55,609 nt of DNA from Lachnospiraceae bacterium (GCA_017471325.1 JAFUUX010000107.1:1-55609); one strand, 5' to 3'; shown: positions 21,291 to 32,070, numbered from the stretch's first letter. The notes: generated from the sequence alone by a model not told the origin. Program-made: numbers and translations.

Positions 21291-24200
21291 TTATTTTTTC
21301 TTTGCTTTTGCCGTTACCGGGTTCTTATCCTTCCAAAGGAACAGGATGCAGGATAAGGAAAGCATGCCGGCCGACAAAAACCACTTCGGCGCTATGCCGT
21401 CACCGGTCTTGGGCGTGATGTCCGTTACGCCTTTCACGATGTTCTGCGTATCCACATAGATCGTATACGGCGAGAAATGCGTTGCCGTAAAGCGCATACA
21501 GGGCACACCGTCAATGGTCGTGTACTGCACGGCCAGATCCTGCAGGGAATTATTTACCACTGCGCCGGCCTTGTTGTTGCCGGCATAGGAAACCAGCTGA
21601 TCCGGGATCGGCAGTGTGATGGTAACCGCCAGATTGTTTGCGTTCGTTACCAGCCTGGTCCCCGTGGAATCATACAGCGAAATATCAAATGCCACATATT
21701 TCAGATCCTGGAAACGGTCACCGTAAGCATTCCTGAGCGCCTGTTCCACTGCCGCCGAAGCTGCGGCGGAATCCGTCACCTTGACCACAAAATTGTCCGT
21801 CGAACCGGCCACGCTTGCCGAACCCATATTCTTATTATTGTTGTCGATCGTATCCGTGGTGATGCGCACTTCCGTTCCGTTATTGCCGCCGGACTGTGTG
21901 GGCGTATTCTTATTGGCATTATTACCGGATGCGCTGCCGATATTATTATTGTTGGTGTTATTGTTATGATTCCGTGAGGTCGGTGCCGGCGTCCCGGTGC
22001 CTCTGGCAGCATTGTTGCTGGCCGTCGGGGTCGCATTGGCGCTCTTGTAGGTAGCGGTCACTTTTACATCATGCGTCGGCATGATAAAGGTGGTAGCCAC
22101 GGAATACGCATTGCTGAAGCCGATGTCCGCATTGGACGTGGTCCAGCGGTCAAACACCTTCCCCTCTGTCGCCGCATACGCGGTAATGGTCACCACATCG
22201 CCGGGCTTATATCTGCCGGTGCCTGCCCCGTTTTCTACCGTTACCAGGTATCCCGTCCCGTTCTGGGAAGCGGAATTGCCGGATGCGGTAGGCGTCGGTG
22301 TGGGACCGGTGGGTGTCGGTGTCCCTGTCCCTGTCCCGCCCTTCGGCGTTGGCGTCTTGGTCGGTGTCAGGCGCTCAAAAATAGCGTACACCAACACATT
22401 TTCCGAAACTGCAGCGCCAAAATAATACTTATCCGGCGTAAAGATCCATTTATCAAAGGTATACCCCATATCCGGATGACGTAAGGATTCCGTCGGATGT
22501 CCCGGATCCCAAAGGTTTGCACCATCCAGAATGTTGTAATGCGTAAACTCGGAACCGTCATCATTCTGGAAGGTTACCAGATGGTAACCGTCAGGGATAT
22601 CATAGGGCGAATAATAAGCCATGGCCGTAACATTGCAGGATACGGTCGAAGGCATGGTAAATGTAGACGGATCAAAATTCCACCGCAGGAACTCCTTTTC
22701 CGGAGTGATCGCCGAAACAGGGATTTCCTCATAATTGATATAAGTTCCGGCCGGTACGTCCTTAAACTCCTTCAGGATCGAAAAGTCATCATTCCTGAAG
22801 GTGACCGTATACTTCACCGGAATAAAGGTTGCCCGGTATATGCGGTCTTCATTGACGTTATTATAGATATTGCTCCCGCTGATCCCGGATGGCGACTTGA
22901 GCACCCAGCTGTCGAAGGCATAGCCCTGATGATCCGGCTCTAAAGGTACCGGATCCGTATCCGGCGGGACTACCGTGCCTCCCGGCAGCACTTTCTGTTC
23001 GTCATAAGTCGAGCCGTCATCGTTTTCAAAAATGACACGATATTCCGCACCCTTATAGGTAACTTCGATATCCGGATCCTTCGGTGGGTAATTCTTGGCA
23101 TAAGTCACAGCCATGCTGTCCTCATAAGTCGTAAAATAAACTCTCTTATAATCAGGATCAAAGGCATCATCCGCGATATTGATCCTGATAGCCGGAATGT
23201 CAACGCTTAAAATATCACCCACATCTCCACTGAATGCATCGGAACCAATATTTGTCACACTTTCCGGAAGGCGCACCTCCGACAGGTCATTGCATTCTGC
23301 GAACGCTTCTTCCGGTATCGACTCCAGTAAAGAATCCGACAGATCCACCCTTGCAATATCCTGACAACCTTTGAAAGCACCATCCCGCATGCTTACTGTC
23401 TGCGGAAGCTTATCATCATAAGAACTGATGATATCCTGGCTTCTGCCCTGTACACAGGTAACAATGCTGTAGGTCGGATCGTCAGTCAGTTTTTCATATA
23501 AAATGCCATTTTCGGCTGTAAACTTCTCATTATTGGATGTTGATATACCATTGATTGGCAGGGATTCGCAGCCGTCAATGATGTAGTCTCCGATAATATC
23601 ACAGCCGTTTCCGATGATCAGGGACTGCATTTTCGTACAATCGTTAAAAGCACGATCCCCGATTTCTTCGCACGCATCTCCCGTATCCGCCTTCAAGAGC
23701 TGCTCACAGCTTTCAAAGGCGTATTCCGGTATCTTCTTTACGCCCGGCATGGCTATGCTGGTGATCACATCGTTTCCTTTATTATCATCCTCGCTTTCAC
23801 CGGATAAAAGACCCTCGGTATCGATCGTAGCAGCGGAAAACAGACCCGGGTGGGCATCACCGGTGCTTCCTTTATAACTGCTGTACAGATCACGTTTAGT
23901 GATCGGCGAAATACTTCCCGGGCTGACTTCCTCCTCCAGATATACCCAATTCTTACGGTTTTTGTTTGAAGCATTGTTTTCACCGATATAATTCACGACA
24001 TCGATGGATTCCACTACCTCCGGAAGCGTGATGTCCTTGCAGGCATCCACCAGTTTCTGTTCTTCTGTGGTCAGGTTGGTCGCGTCTGCCTTTTTCAGCA
24101 GGTTTCCGTATGTATCATCGGAAAGTTCATCATCATAATAATGCAGATAATCGATCAGCGTCACTTCTCCGGTATTCCGGTCTTTGATGATCTTAAGCCC

Positions 24201-27092
24201 CGTGGAATAGTCCTGATCCGGCATCGTGACACAGCAGATATTGGTTCCTGTAGCATTGATGATCGCGTCATCCGACATCGCATATAAATATGGGATGCTC
24301 GTATCGTCTGTTATTGTATGAAAGTATAATTTCCCACCATTGGTCTTAAAGGCATCCTCACCGATATAAGCAATATTGCCATGGTCACTCCAATAAACGT
24401 GCTCCAGATTCGATGCATTCGAAAAGGCTCCATCATTGATGTTTACCACGGAATCTCCAAGAATAACGCCCTCCAGTTTAGCGGCGTTGGAAAAGACACC
24501 GCTGTCCAGTTCTGTCAGAGTCCCGTCCGGCACTTCAAAATAGATGATATGGTTCTTAAGTTCGTCCAGGCATCCTTCACGAAGCGCCGTAATCGGATGT
24601 TTTGCAACATTTTCCGGCAAGGTAAAAGGATTATCCAGAGAATCATACTCACCCAGTATTTCCGGCAATTTGCCGGAATCCCCCAGATAAGTCACATTGA
24701 TGATAGAAGCTGTACTGCTCTCATCCTGTGTATCTGTTACGCTTAGATCATAAAGGAAACCGTCATAGCCCACTTCGTAATGCTCGCCATAGCAATACGG
24801 CACATAATCCGACGCGCCGGAATAAGCATTCCAGGTGCTTCTTCTTGGCCATGCATATTTTTCACCGTCAGACCCGGTCACGCTGCTGGCAGTAGCCGGG
24901 CCATAGACACACAGCTCCGTTTTCGTTACATCCCGGAAAAGATTTGCATCATATTCCGCCATATCCTGCGCTTCATCAAAAGTAACCTTCTTTAAACCGG
25001 TACAGTTTGCAAAGGTATTCATCGGCACATGCTCTTCCACGCCGGAATTGCCGATCACATGCAGATCTGCAGATTCCAGAGAATCACGGTTTGCCAGAAT
25101 ATAGTCCCCGATCCTGGAAATATACTTGCAATCATCGATCCTGGAAGCAATCCCGGAAGGCGTATAGCCGCTGTCCCCGTCTTTTAAGCTGGTGCCGTTT
25201 AAGGTGGTCACCGTAGCCGGTGAAGTGCTCAGATCCACCTTAGCTCCATACAGGTCATATTTTTTCTCGGTACTTGGTATCGTTACCAGCATTTCCGGGA
25301 AAGTAAAAGATCTTAACTGGGAACCGCTGCCGGAGCTGCTTAAGGCAAAGCAGGCTTTTTCCAGCGCGATCGCGGATTCCTTTGGAAAACTGACATTCTG
25401 CAGCAGCGGCGTATCAAAAAAGGCATACTCGCCGATCCGGCAGGACGGCCTGGTACCGCCGGCAAAGGAAACCGAGCCTAAATTCGTGCAGTCCGAATAA
25501 GCACCAAATCCGATCTGCCTGGTGGAAACCGGGATCACCAGACCGGTGATCGAGGAACAGCCTTTAAAGGCCTCATTGCCGATGACCTGCGTGTCCGTGG
25601 AATAAGTGATGGAAGACAACTGCGTGCAGTTCTGGAATACGTTATTGCCGATATACTTTACATCGTCCAGCCCCACCGAACGCAGACTGTAACACTCTTT
25701 AAAAGCATTGTCACCGATATACAGAATGCCGTCATTGAGCGTAAGGGATTCGATATTGGTATTGCCTTTGAAGGCATTTTCGCCAATCGCCACCACGTTC
25801 GCTGTCTTGGCATAGCAGAATCCATTATTGTCCATGATGGTGGTATTCTTCCCACCGCCGGTATAGGTGACCACATAGACCAGATCCGGCTTCGGAGACA
25901 ATGTATGTGACGGATCGTCCGGATCTGCCACGGAGGAAAGCCTGGACATATCCACGGCAGTCAGCACATAACTGCCGTTGTCCAGCTTATTATTTCCCAG
26001 CCTGGTAAATTTGCCGCTGGCGAACATATCATTGATGATATCCTGATCGATCTTATTCCCGTAATAGGTGGTATCCGTGCTGGGCCAGGGTTTGGGATCC
26101 TCCGTGCTGCTGTTGTACGCATCGATCAGCTCCTGCACCTCCGGAAACAGCCTGGCAAGGGCGGATGAGGTCATTGTCGTTGTTGTGCCGGAACTGGTAT
26201 TATAAACAGAAACCGGCTCATCCGGTCCGATCGAGGATAAGGTATATTCGTAGATATCATAGTTATCCCTGCGGTAGTCACGCAGTTCCGCATCCGTATA
26301 GAAATCATAGCATCTGGTGATAACATTCGGGATCACCAGATCCTTGGTCGTATCCGTGCTGTTGTAGCCGCAGATCACGCCTACATCATCCGTACCGGAA
26401 CTGTCCATGTAATAGTTAAAATTACGGACCATCTGTCCACCCGTAAATTCGCCGTCCGTGTATTCTGCGTTAACGATCGAATAAGACCACAGATCGCTGC
26501 TGCCGTCCAGTTTCGGTGCGTTGGAATCCGGCGATGTCTTGCCGTATGCGGACAGATCCCCGGAATAATCCAGTCCGGGATTATACTCATTTACAATGTC
26601 AAAAGCATCGCCGATCTCGGATCTTAAAGCAGCACTTGCAACACCGGATCTGTCAGACGGGATGGCAGCGATCAGCAAAGAACTGGCAAGACAGACCCCT
26701 GCCACTGCCCTGCGGACCGTGCGCTTCATTTTTGCGGTCATTTTGGAACCGTTTTTATTACTGCTGTTTTCGGGTTTTTTATTGGAAGCCGCAGATACTG
26801 CGGTCTTTTTCTTCCCATCGGATCTCGCCGGAGAACCTGCCGCTGCATTTTTTTTGCCGCTGCCTGCACTTTGCACATGACTTCCCGTCTGTACGCCGGC
26901 TGCTCCTGCACTTTGCACATGACTTCCTGTCTGTACGCCGGCTGCTCCCGCACTGCGCACTTCGCTCTGTGATATCACTGTTTTATGCTGCGCAGAAGCA
27001 GCGTGTCCGTTTTCGCGCGGCTGCGCAGCTTTTCTGCGTGCTTCTGCCATACGCCGCTTTTGTTCTTCCGATAACCTTCTTTGATCTGCCAT
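21291..27092 (-). CDS. Large BspA-type LRR surface protein with InlB-B-like beta repeats and a sortase anchor (TPKTG)
   Basis: 1933 aa; LRR_5 repeats, VxFxNDDG repeats and TPT/N-rich linkers. C-terminus has TPKTGD, a hydrophobic helix and KAKKK. RBS GGAGGAG. Confidence 0.9.
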   Translation of the reverse strand: MADQRRLSEEQKRRMAEARRKAAQPRENGHAASAQHKTVISQSEVRSAGAAGVQTGSHVQSAGAAGVQTGSHVQSAGSGKKNAAAGSPARSDGKKKTAVSAASNKKPENSSNKNGSKMTAKMKRTVRRAVAGVCLASSLLIAAIPSDRSGVASAALRSEIGDAFDIVNEYNPGLDYSGDLSAYGKTSPDSNAPKLDGSSDLWSYSIVNAEYTDGEFTGGQMVRNFNYYMDSSGTDDVGVICGYNSTDTTKDLVIPNVITRCYDFYTDAELRDYRRDNYDIYEYTLSSIGPDEPVSVYNTSSGTTTTMTSSALARLFPEVQELIDAYNSSTEDPKPWPSTDTTYYGNKIDQDIINDMFASGKFTRLGNNKLDNGSYVLTAVDMSRLSSVADPDDPSHTLSPKPDLVYVVTYTGGGKNTTIMDNNGFCYAKTANVVAIGENAFKGNTNIESLTLNDGILYIGDNAFKECYSLRSVGLDDVKYIGNNVFQNCTQLSSITYSTDTQVIGNEAFKGCSSITGLVIPVSTRQIGFGAYSDCTNLGSVSFAGGTRPSCRIGEYAFFDTPLLQNVSFPKESAIALEKACFALSSSGSGSQLRSFTFPEMLVTIPSTEKKYDLYGAKVDLSTSPATVTTLNGTSLKDGDSGYTPSGIASRIDDCKYISRIGDYILANRDSLESADLHVIGNSGVEEHVPMNTFANCTGLKKVTFDEAQDMAEYDANLFRDVTKTELCVYGPATASSVTGSDGEKYAWPRRSTWNAYSGASDYVPYCYGEHYEVGYDGFLYDLSVTDTQDESSTASIINVTYLGDSGKLPEILGEYDSLDNPFTLPENVAKHPITALREGCLDELKNHIIYFEVPDGTLTELDSGVFSNAAKLEGVILGDSVVNINDGAFSNASNLEHVYWSDHGNIAYIGEDAFKTNGGKLYFHTITDDTSIPYLYAMSDDAIINATGTNICCVTMPDQDYSTGLKIIKDRNTGEVTLIDYLHYYDDELSDDTYGNLLKKADATNLTTEEQKLVDACKDITLPEVVESIDVVNYIGENNASNKNRKNWVYLEEEVSPGSISPITKRDLYSSYKGSTGDAHPGLFSAATIDTEGLLSGESEDDNKGNDVITSIAMPGVKKIPEYAFESCEQLLKADTGDACEEIGDRAFNDCTKMQSLIIGNGCDIIGDYIIDGCESLPINGISTSNNEKFTAENGILYEKLTDDPTYSIVTCVQGRSQDIISSYDDKLPQTVSMRDGAFKGCQDIARVDLSDSLLESIPEEAFAECNDLSEVRLPESVTNIGSDAFSGDVGDILSVDIPAIRINIADDAFDPDYKRVYFTTYEDSMAVTYAKNYPPKDPDIEVTYKGAEYRVIFENDDGSTYDEQKVLPGGTVVPPDTDPVPLEPDHQGYAFDSWVLKSPSGISGSNIYNNVNEDRIYRATFIPVKYTVTFRNDDFSILKEFKDVPAGTYINYEEIPVSAITPEKEFLRWNFDPSTFTMPSTVSCNVTAMAYYSPYDIPDGYHLVTFQNDDGSEFTHYNILDGANLWDPGHPTESLRHPDMGYTFDKWIFTPDKYYFGAAVSENVLVYAIFERLTPTKTPTPKGGTGTGTPTPTGPTPTPTASGNSASQNGTGYLVTVENGAGTGRYKPGDVVTITAYAATEGKVFDRWTTSNADIGFSNAYSVATTFIMPTHDVKVTATYKSANATPTASNNAARGTGTPAPTSRNHNNNTNNNNIGSASGNNANKNTPTQSGGNNGTEVRITTDTIDNNNKNMGSASVAGSTDNFVVKVTDSAAASAAVEQALRNAYGDRFQDLKYVAFDISLYDSTGTRLVTNANNLAVTITLPIPDQLVSYAGNNKAGAVVNNSLQDLAVQYTTIDGVPCMRFTATHFSPYTIYVDTQNIVKGVTDITPKTGDGIAPKWFLSAGMLSLSCILFLWKDKNPVTAKAKKK
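26863..26954. repeat. 42-bp tandem repeat (2 copies plus partial) encoding SAGAAGVQTGSHVQ
   Basis: CCTGCACTTTGCACATGACTTCCYGTCTGTACGCCGGCTGCT repeated with one mismatch. Confidence 0.9.
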
Positions 27093-27135
27093 AGGTGTGC
27101 TCCTCCGTCTGTCAGCACCACATGATGTGCAAAAA

Positions 27136-28308
27136 CTACTGGATTTTTTTAGCTACTACCACAAACCGCCCGTTCTGCTCCTGGTAATCGCAGGTGGAAA
27201 GCGTCAGCAGCCTGTCTCCGTACCGTGCAGTGACGCCGGTATCGTAAAATGCCTGTTCCGACATCTCGCGCATATACGAGTTAAATTCCTCCTCTGACTG
27301 CGCATCGATGAACTGATAATATTTAAACCGTACATCATCCGCATCATAGACACGCGAACGGAAGGCATACATTACCTGATATGTGCCTTCCTCATAGATC
27401 GTATCAAAATGGATATACGGGTGTTTTTCATAATAGCGCCTCGACTCGTACTCCCCCAGTTTGGAAAACATTCTTCCACTGGTCAAGTGGTGTCCGTAGA
27501 TGATGAAATTATCATTTCCACGGATAATGTCACAATTGCAGTCCAGGAACAAAGCCCCCGCTTTTTCCTCTTTTTTGTCAAAATTATGGCTCAGATAATA
27601 GGTATTATCCTCCCCCTGCATGACAGGGTAATCAATAATAGTATCGTCAATTTTGATCCAGCCGATTAGGTCTTGATTTAAATTATATAAAGTTTTGTAC
27701 TGATCCAGAACCTCCAGCGTCACTTCATTACCGCCTTCATCCGTCAGATGCGCCACATAAGCCTCCGGATCGCGCAGCCCCACCAGTGTATCCGATCCCA
27801 CCAGATTGGAAAGCTGGTCACCCCGCCCGTTTTCCTTATCCGCCGAAAAGTAATAATAAACATAATATCCAAAACCTGCGATTGCAAATAACACAAAAAA
27901 CAGGATCACGGTTCTGCGGCGTTTCTCTGCTTTTCGCATCTCGAAAAGAATCTGCTTCTGCATTTCCGGATCATAATCTTCCAGGCTTTTTTTCCCACCG
28001 GTCTTTTTTGCACTGCTGTTTTTGGCTGCAGCGGACTTTCCCTGCCCTTTCGAGGATGTCCTGTCCTCCTGCCGCAGTTTTTTATGCAGTTCATAAACGG
28101 CATCATCAAAACGATCGCCGAGAACGGTCTCAAAGCGTACCTCCCCGGAATTCAGCGCCTGGTACAACTGCTCCGCCCCCTGCGCCGTTTTGCTGTCATG
28201 CCGCTGCAATAACAGTTGGATCTTTCGCTTGTCCCGCATCGCGGCTTCAAAATCCGCCTGCGTGCGGAACTCGCTGCGTGATACGGGAAAATCATTCCCG
28301 CTCATCAT
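27136..28308 (-). CDS. srtB: Class B sortase
   Basis: GWIKIDDTIIDYPVMQ, IIYGHH, catalytic LTLSTC followed by GRFVVVAK; TM segment after a long N-terminal extension. Confidence 0.93.
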   Translation of the reverse strand: MMSGNDFPVSRSEFRTQADFEAAMRDKRKIQLLLQRHDSKTAQGAEQLYQALNSGEVRFETVLGDRFDDAVYELHKKLRQEDRTSSKGQGKSAAAKNSSAKKTGGKKSLEDYDPEMQKQILFEMRKAEKRRRTVILFFVLFAIAGFGYYVYYYFSADKENGRGDQLSNLVGSDTLVGLRDPEAYVAHLTDEGGNEVTLEVLDQYKTLYNLNQDLIGWIKIDDTIIDYPVMQGEDNTYYLSHNFDKKEEKAGALFLDCNCDIIRGNDNFIIYGHHLTSGRMFSKLGEYESRRYYEKHPYIHFDTIYEEGTYQVMYAFRSRVYDADDVRFKYYQFIDAQSEEEFNSYMREMSEQAFYDTGVTARYGDRLLTLSTCDYQEQNGRFVVVAKKIQ

Positions 28309-28312
28309 TCAT

Positions 28313-30755
28313 TTATCCCTTCACTACAATATTTACGATCTTCCCCGGTACATAGATCTCTTTTACGATCGTACCGCTCAATTTGCTGCCCAGAGCCTCC
28401 TTGCCGGCTGCGATGGCGCTGTCTTTGTCCATGCCCTTATCGATCCTGATGGCTGCCTTTACCTTGCCGTTGATCTGCACGGCGATCTCCACCTCGTTTT
28501 CAATCATCTTGGAAGCATCTGCTACCGGCCAGTTTGCGCTGAATACGCTTTCTCCATGTCCCAATTCCGACCAGAGTTCTTCGGCGATATGCGGTGCAAA
28601 CGGCGCCAGCAGTACCACGGCATCCTCCAGCGTCTTTTTATCGACACCGCTGCCTTTGGTGAGTTCCACCAGCTTATTGTTATATTCCATAAAGCCGGAG
28701 ATCACGGTATTTAAACTGAAACTGTTCAAACGGTGATCGATATCGTAGATCATTTTGTTGCGGATGCGCTCCAGTTCCGGCGTAACAGTAACCTCCCTGT
28801 CCTTGTTCTCCTGCACCATGGTCCAGAAACGCGCCAGAAAACGATATACACCATCGATGCCGCGCGGATCCCATTCGCTGTCCAGTTCGGGCGGTCCCAC
28901 AAAAAGTTCGTACATGCGCAGGGAATCGCAGCCATAATCCATCACCAGTTCATCCGGGGACACCACATTGCCCTGGGACTTGCTCATCTTCACCGGCTTA
29001 TCGCCCCATTTTTCCGTATCCGCGGCTTTCTTTAAGATCATGCCCTGGTTGAACAGGCGCGTAAACGGCTCGTCAAAGTCCACGACACCGATATCTTTTA
29101 AGAATTTGGTGTAGAAACGGGAATACAGCAGGTGCAGCACCGCGTGCTCCACACCGCCCACGTACATATCTACCGGCAGATATTTATCAGCCTTCTCCCG
29201 GCTGACCAGTGCGTCATCATTGTGATTATCCACATAGCGCAGGAAATACCAGGAAGATCCCGCCCACTGCGGCATGGTATTGGTTTCCCGCTTTGCCGGC
29301 CTGCCGCACTTCGGGCAGGTGGTATTTACCCAACTGTCGATGGCTGCCAGCGGGGATTCGCCGGTACCTGTCGGCTCATACTTCTCCACATCCGGCAGAA
29401 GCAGCGGCAGTTCCTCTTCCGGAACAGGCACGCAGCCGCATTCCGGACAGTGCACGATCGGGATGGGCTCGCCCCAGTAGCGCTGACGGGAAAATACCCA
29501 GTCACGCAGCTTGTAATTCGTGGTCTTGCGGCCATAGCCCATCTTTTCGATCATGGCAGGCGCTTCTTTTTTCAGCACGGCAGATTCCTGACCGTTCCAG
29601 TCACCGGAATTGATCATGGTGCCGCTGGCATCGGTATAAGCCTCTGTCATGTCTGCGATCTCCCGGCCGTCCTTTGCGATGACCTGGATGATCGGCAGAT
29701 CAAACTTCTTTGCAAAAGCAAAGTCACGGTCATCATGCGCCGGCACGCACATGATGGCGCCGGTACCATAATCCGCCAGGACATAGTCAGACAGCCAGAT
29801 CGGCACCTTTGCCCCGTTGACGGGGTTGATCGCATAAGATCCGGTGAATACGCCGGTCTTTTCCTTATCCTGCATGCGGTCCACGTTGGATTTCGTGGAG
29901 GCCTTGTAGATATACTCATCTACCGCAGCCCTGGTCTCATCGGTCGCCAGACTCTTCGCCAGCTTGTGTTCCGGTGCCAGTACCATAAAGGTAGCGCCGT
30001 AAAGAGTATCCGGGCGGGTGGTATAAACCGTGATGGCCTCTTCCCTGCCGTCGATCTTAAATTCCACTTCGGCACCGTAGGATCTGCCGATCCACTCGGT
30101 CTGCATTTTCTTTACCTTTTCCGGCCAGTCCAACTTATCCAGATCATCCAGCAGCCGATCCGCATAGGCCGTGATCTTGAGCATCCACTGCTTTAAGTTC
30201 TTTTTGGTCACTTCCGTGTGGCAGCGCTCGCATTTGCCGTCCACCACCTCTTCATTTGCAAGGCCGGTCTTGCAGGAAGGGCACCAGTTGATCGGCATCT
30301 CTTTTTCGTAAGCCAGACCTTTTTTGAACATCTGCACAAAGATCCACTGCGTCCATTTATAGAACTTCGGATCTGTCGTATTTACTTCACGATCCCAGTC
30401 ATAGACCGCCGCGATCTGTCCCAGCTGGCGCTTGATGTTTGCAACATTCTGTGCCGTGGAAACCGACGGATGCACACCGTTTTTGATCGCATAGTTTTCC
30501 GCCGGCAAGCCAAAAGCATCCCATCCCATGGGATGGATCAGGTAATAGCCGTTCAGCATCTTATAGCGACTCCACACATCCGAGATCACATAGCCTCTCC
30601 AGTGACCCACATGCAGGCCGGAGCCGGAGGGATACGGGAACATGTCCAGACAGTAGTATTTCGGTTTCTTTCCGTCATCTGCATTGACCGGATGTTCCTC
30701 CCAGTATTTTTTTCCATTTTTCCTCAATCTCTCGATGGTTATAGGGTACCGCCAT
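28313..30755 (-). CDS. leuS: Leucine--tRNA ligase, with an apparent +1 frameshift in an A7 run at codons 15-16
   Basis: MFPYPSGSGLHVGH (HIGH motif) and KMSKS. The natural N-terminus MAVPYNHREIEEKWKK from ATG 30755 is in a different frame from YWEEHP... Confidence 0.95.
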
Positions 30756-30800
30756 TTCGCTTTTCTTTTACCTCGCTTTCGCTTTCTTTTTTCGCTCTAA

Positions 30801-30828
30801 CTGCCCGGGACCGTATGGCCCCGGGCAG
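30801..30828. other. GC-rich hairpin between the CAP gene and leuS
   Basis: CTGCCCGGG-N10-CCCGGGCAG; no U-tract on the coding strand, function unclear. Confidence 0.5.
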
Positions 30829-30905
30829 CCTGTTTAAAAAACATATTCTATCTCTGCACAAAAACCGGGAAGATCATTCTGAAACATACCTGCGTTCTGG
30901 CTGTA

Positions 30906-31889
30906 TCAATCATCATCATCATCCGGATGATCCTTCTTATACTGCCTCAGCCATTCTTCCTCTTCATCCTGCTCTGTCTCATTCGGTGTCTTATAGCGTT
31001 CCCGCAGATAATTGCCGGATTCGGAACTATAACCCGGTTTTAATACATTATCATTATCACTGAATTCGATCGCCCAATAATGTACCCCGTTTGCCTCTCT
31101 GTGGCCTACACCGATGATCCTCCAGTTGCCATACAGGAGCACATTACGCACATCTGCGGACGCTGCGGTCCACTCGTTGATCACCTCGGATACGCTGCCG
31201 CTGCCGGATCTGTAGATCAGTTCACGGAAATAGTGGCGCGGAACATTCTTATCTTCCAGCACACTGTCACCGTTACGCCCGTCCGGACGGATACGGTCAT
31301 ACTTTTTCGTCAGTTCATCCGCCCTGACCTGCGCCCCGTCAATGATCTCGGTCGTGTTCACTAATGATACGCGGTCATTGCTCGTACGAAACTTATTGAT
31401 GGCTGCCTGCATATCCCAGCGCAGCTGATCGCTCATATTCCGTTTATCCTCAGCCGATGTAGTTGTAGTCGTTGTAGTTGTAGTTGTGGTGTTGGTGGCG
31501 GCTGCGGCCTTGACCGTTCCCACACGTCCTTCTGCCTTTCCTGCCGTCTGGTAATGTACATAATAGGAAACCAGATCATTCCCGAATGCTGCCTGCAGAT
31601 CCGGGTAATTATTCCTGTATGCCTGTACATTAAACTCCGCGCTGCCCTGGCGGCCTTCTGCCATACCATAATTGATAAAATGCGCAAACAGCAGATCAGC
31701 ATTGCCGCCGCAAGCCGCATTTACATCAGGATTTGCATTGGCATAGTAACCTGCATCAAATACAGCCGCGTAATCCGCCGCTCCCGCCGCATCAGATGTA
31801 AGCGGTTTTACTGCTGTCATCAGGCTTGCCGATAAAACGACAGCCGCAGCAAACCGGCCGACTTTTCCATGCTTCAGATTCCTTTTCAT
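30906..31889 (-). CDS. Secreted CAP (SCP-like) domain protein with N-terminal FDxxYYxxxNPD repeats
   Basis: Signal peptide; two repeats (FDAGYYANANPDV...GMAEGR and FNVQAYRNNYPDL...GKAEGR); poly-Thr linker; INKFR..AQVRADEL..RPDG..IGVG..YWAIEF. Confidence 0.85.
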   Translation of the reverse strand: MKRNLKHGKVGRFAAAVVLSASLMTAVKPLTSDAAGAADYAAVFDAGYYANANPDVNAACGGNADLLFAHFINYGMAEGRQGSAEFNVQAYRNNYPDLQAAFGNDLVSYYVHYQTAGKAEGRVGTVKAAAATNTTTTTTTTTTTSAEDKRNMSDQLRWDMQAAINKFRTSNDRVSLVNTTEIIDGAQVRADELTKKYDRIRPDGRNGDSVLEDKNVPRHYFRELIYRSGSGSVSEVINEWTAASADVRNVLLYGNWRIIGVGHREANGVHYWAIEFSDNDNVLKPGYSSESGNYLRERYKTPNETEQDEEEEWLRQYKKDHPDDDDD

Positions 31890-31927
31890 GCTCTAACATC
31901 CCTCCTTGATCAAAAATGCTACCGTTT

Positions 31928-31957
31928 ATTATACTTTTTTTCATAGAATATTGTCAA
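31928..31957 (-). promoter_or_regulatory. Consensus sigma-A promoter for the CAP gene
   Basis: Minus strand TTGACA-18 nt-TATAAT. Confidence 0.75.
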
Positions 31958-31979
31958 GTATGTGCATGTACGAAAACAT

Positions 31980-32008
31980 TTGACAATATGTACCCCCCCG
32001 AATATAAT
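31980..32008 (+). promoter_or_regulatory. Consensus sigma-A promoter for the Wzz-like gene
   Basis: TTGACA-17 nt (containing C7)-TATAAT. Confidence 0.8.
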
Positions 32009-32070
32009 TATTTTCTGACACTTGCCTTTATATAGCACGAAACCATAACGGATTTTAAACTGGAGGAAAT

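Noticed and set aside
26863-26954. 42-bp repeat as a CRISPR array
   Set aside because: No spacers, in frame within a CDS, and no cas genes.
29132-30196. Long plus-strand ORFs antisense to real genes (also 944-1792, 38656-39546, 42138-43241, 50396-51295)
   Set aside because: Shadow ORFs arising from codon bias; no recognisable motifs, and they lie opposite well-supported genes.
30756-30905. T-box leader for leuS
   Set aside because: The gap is only 150 nt, with no GGTGGNACC T-box sequence or U-tailed terminator; only a GC hairpin and short GCGAAA repeats.
31455-31500. Poly-Thr codon run as a contingency locus
   Set aside because: Mixed codons and in frame; an ordinary linker.
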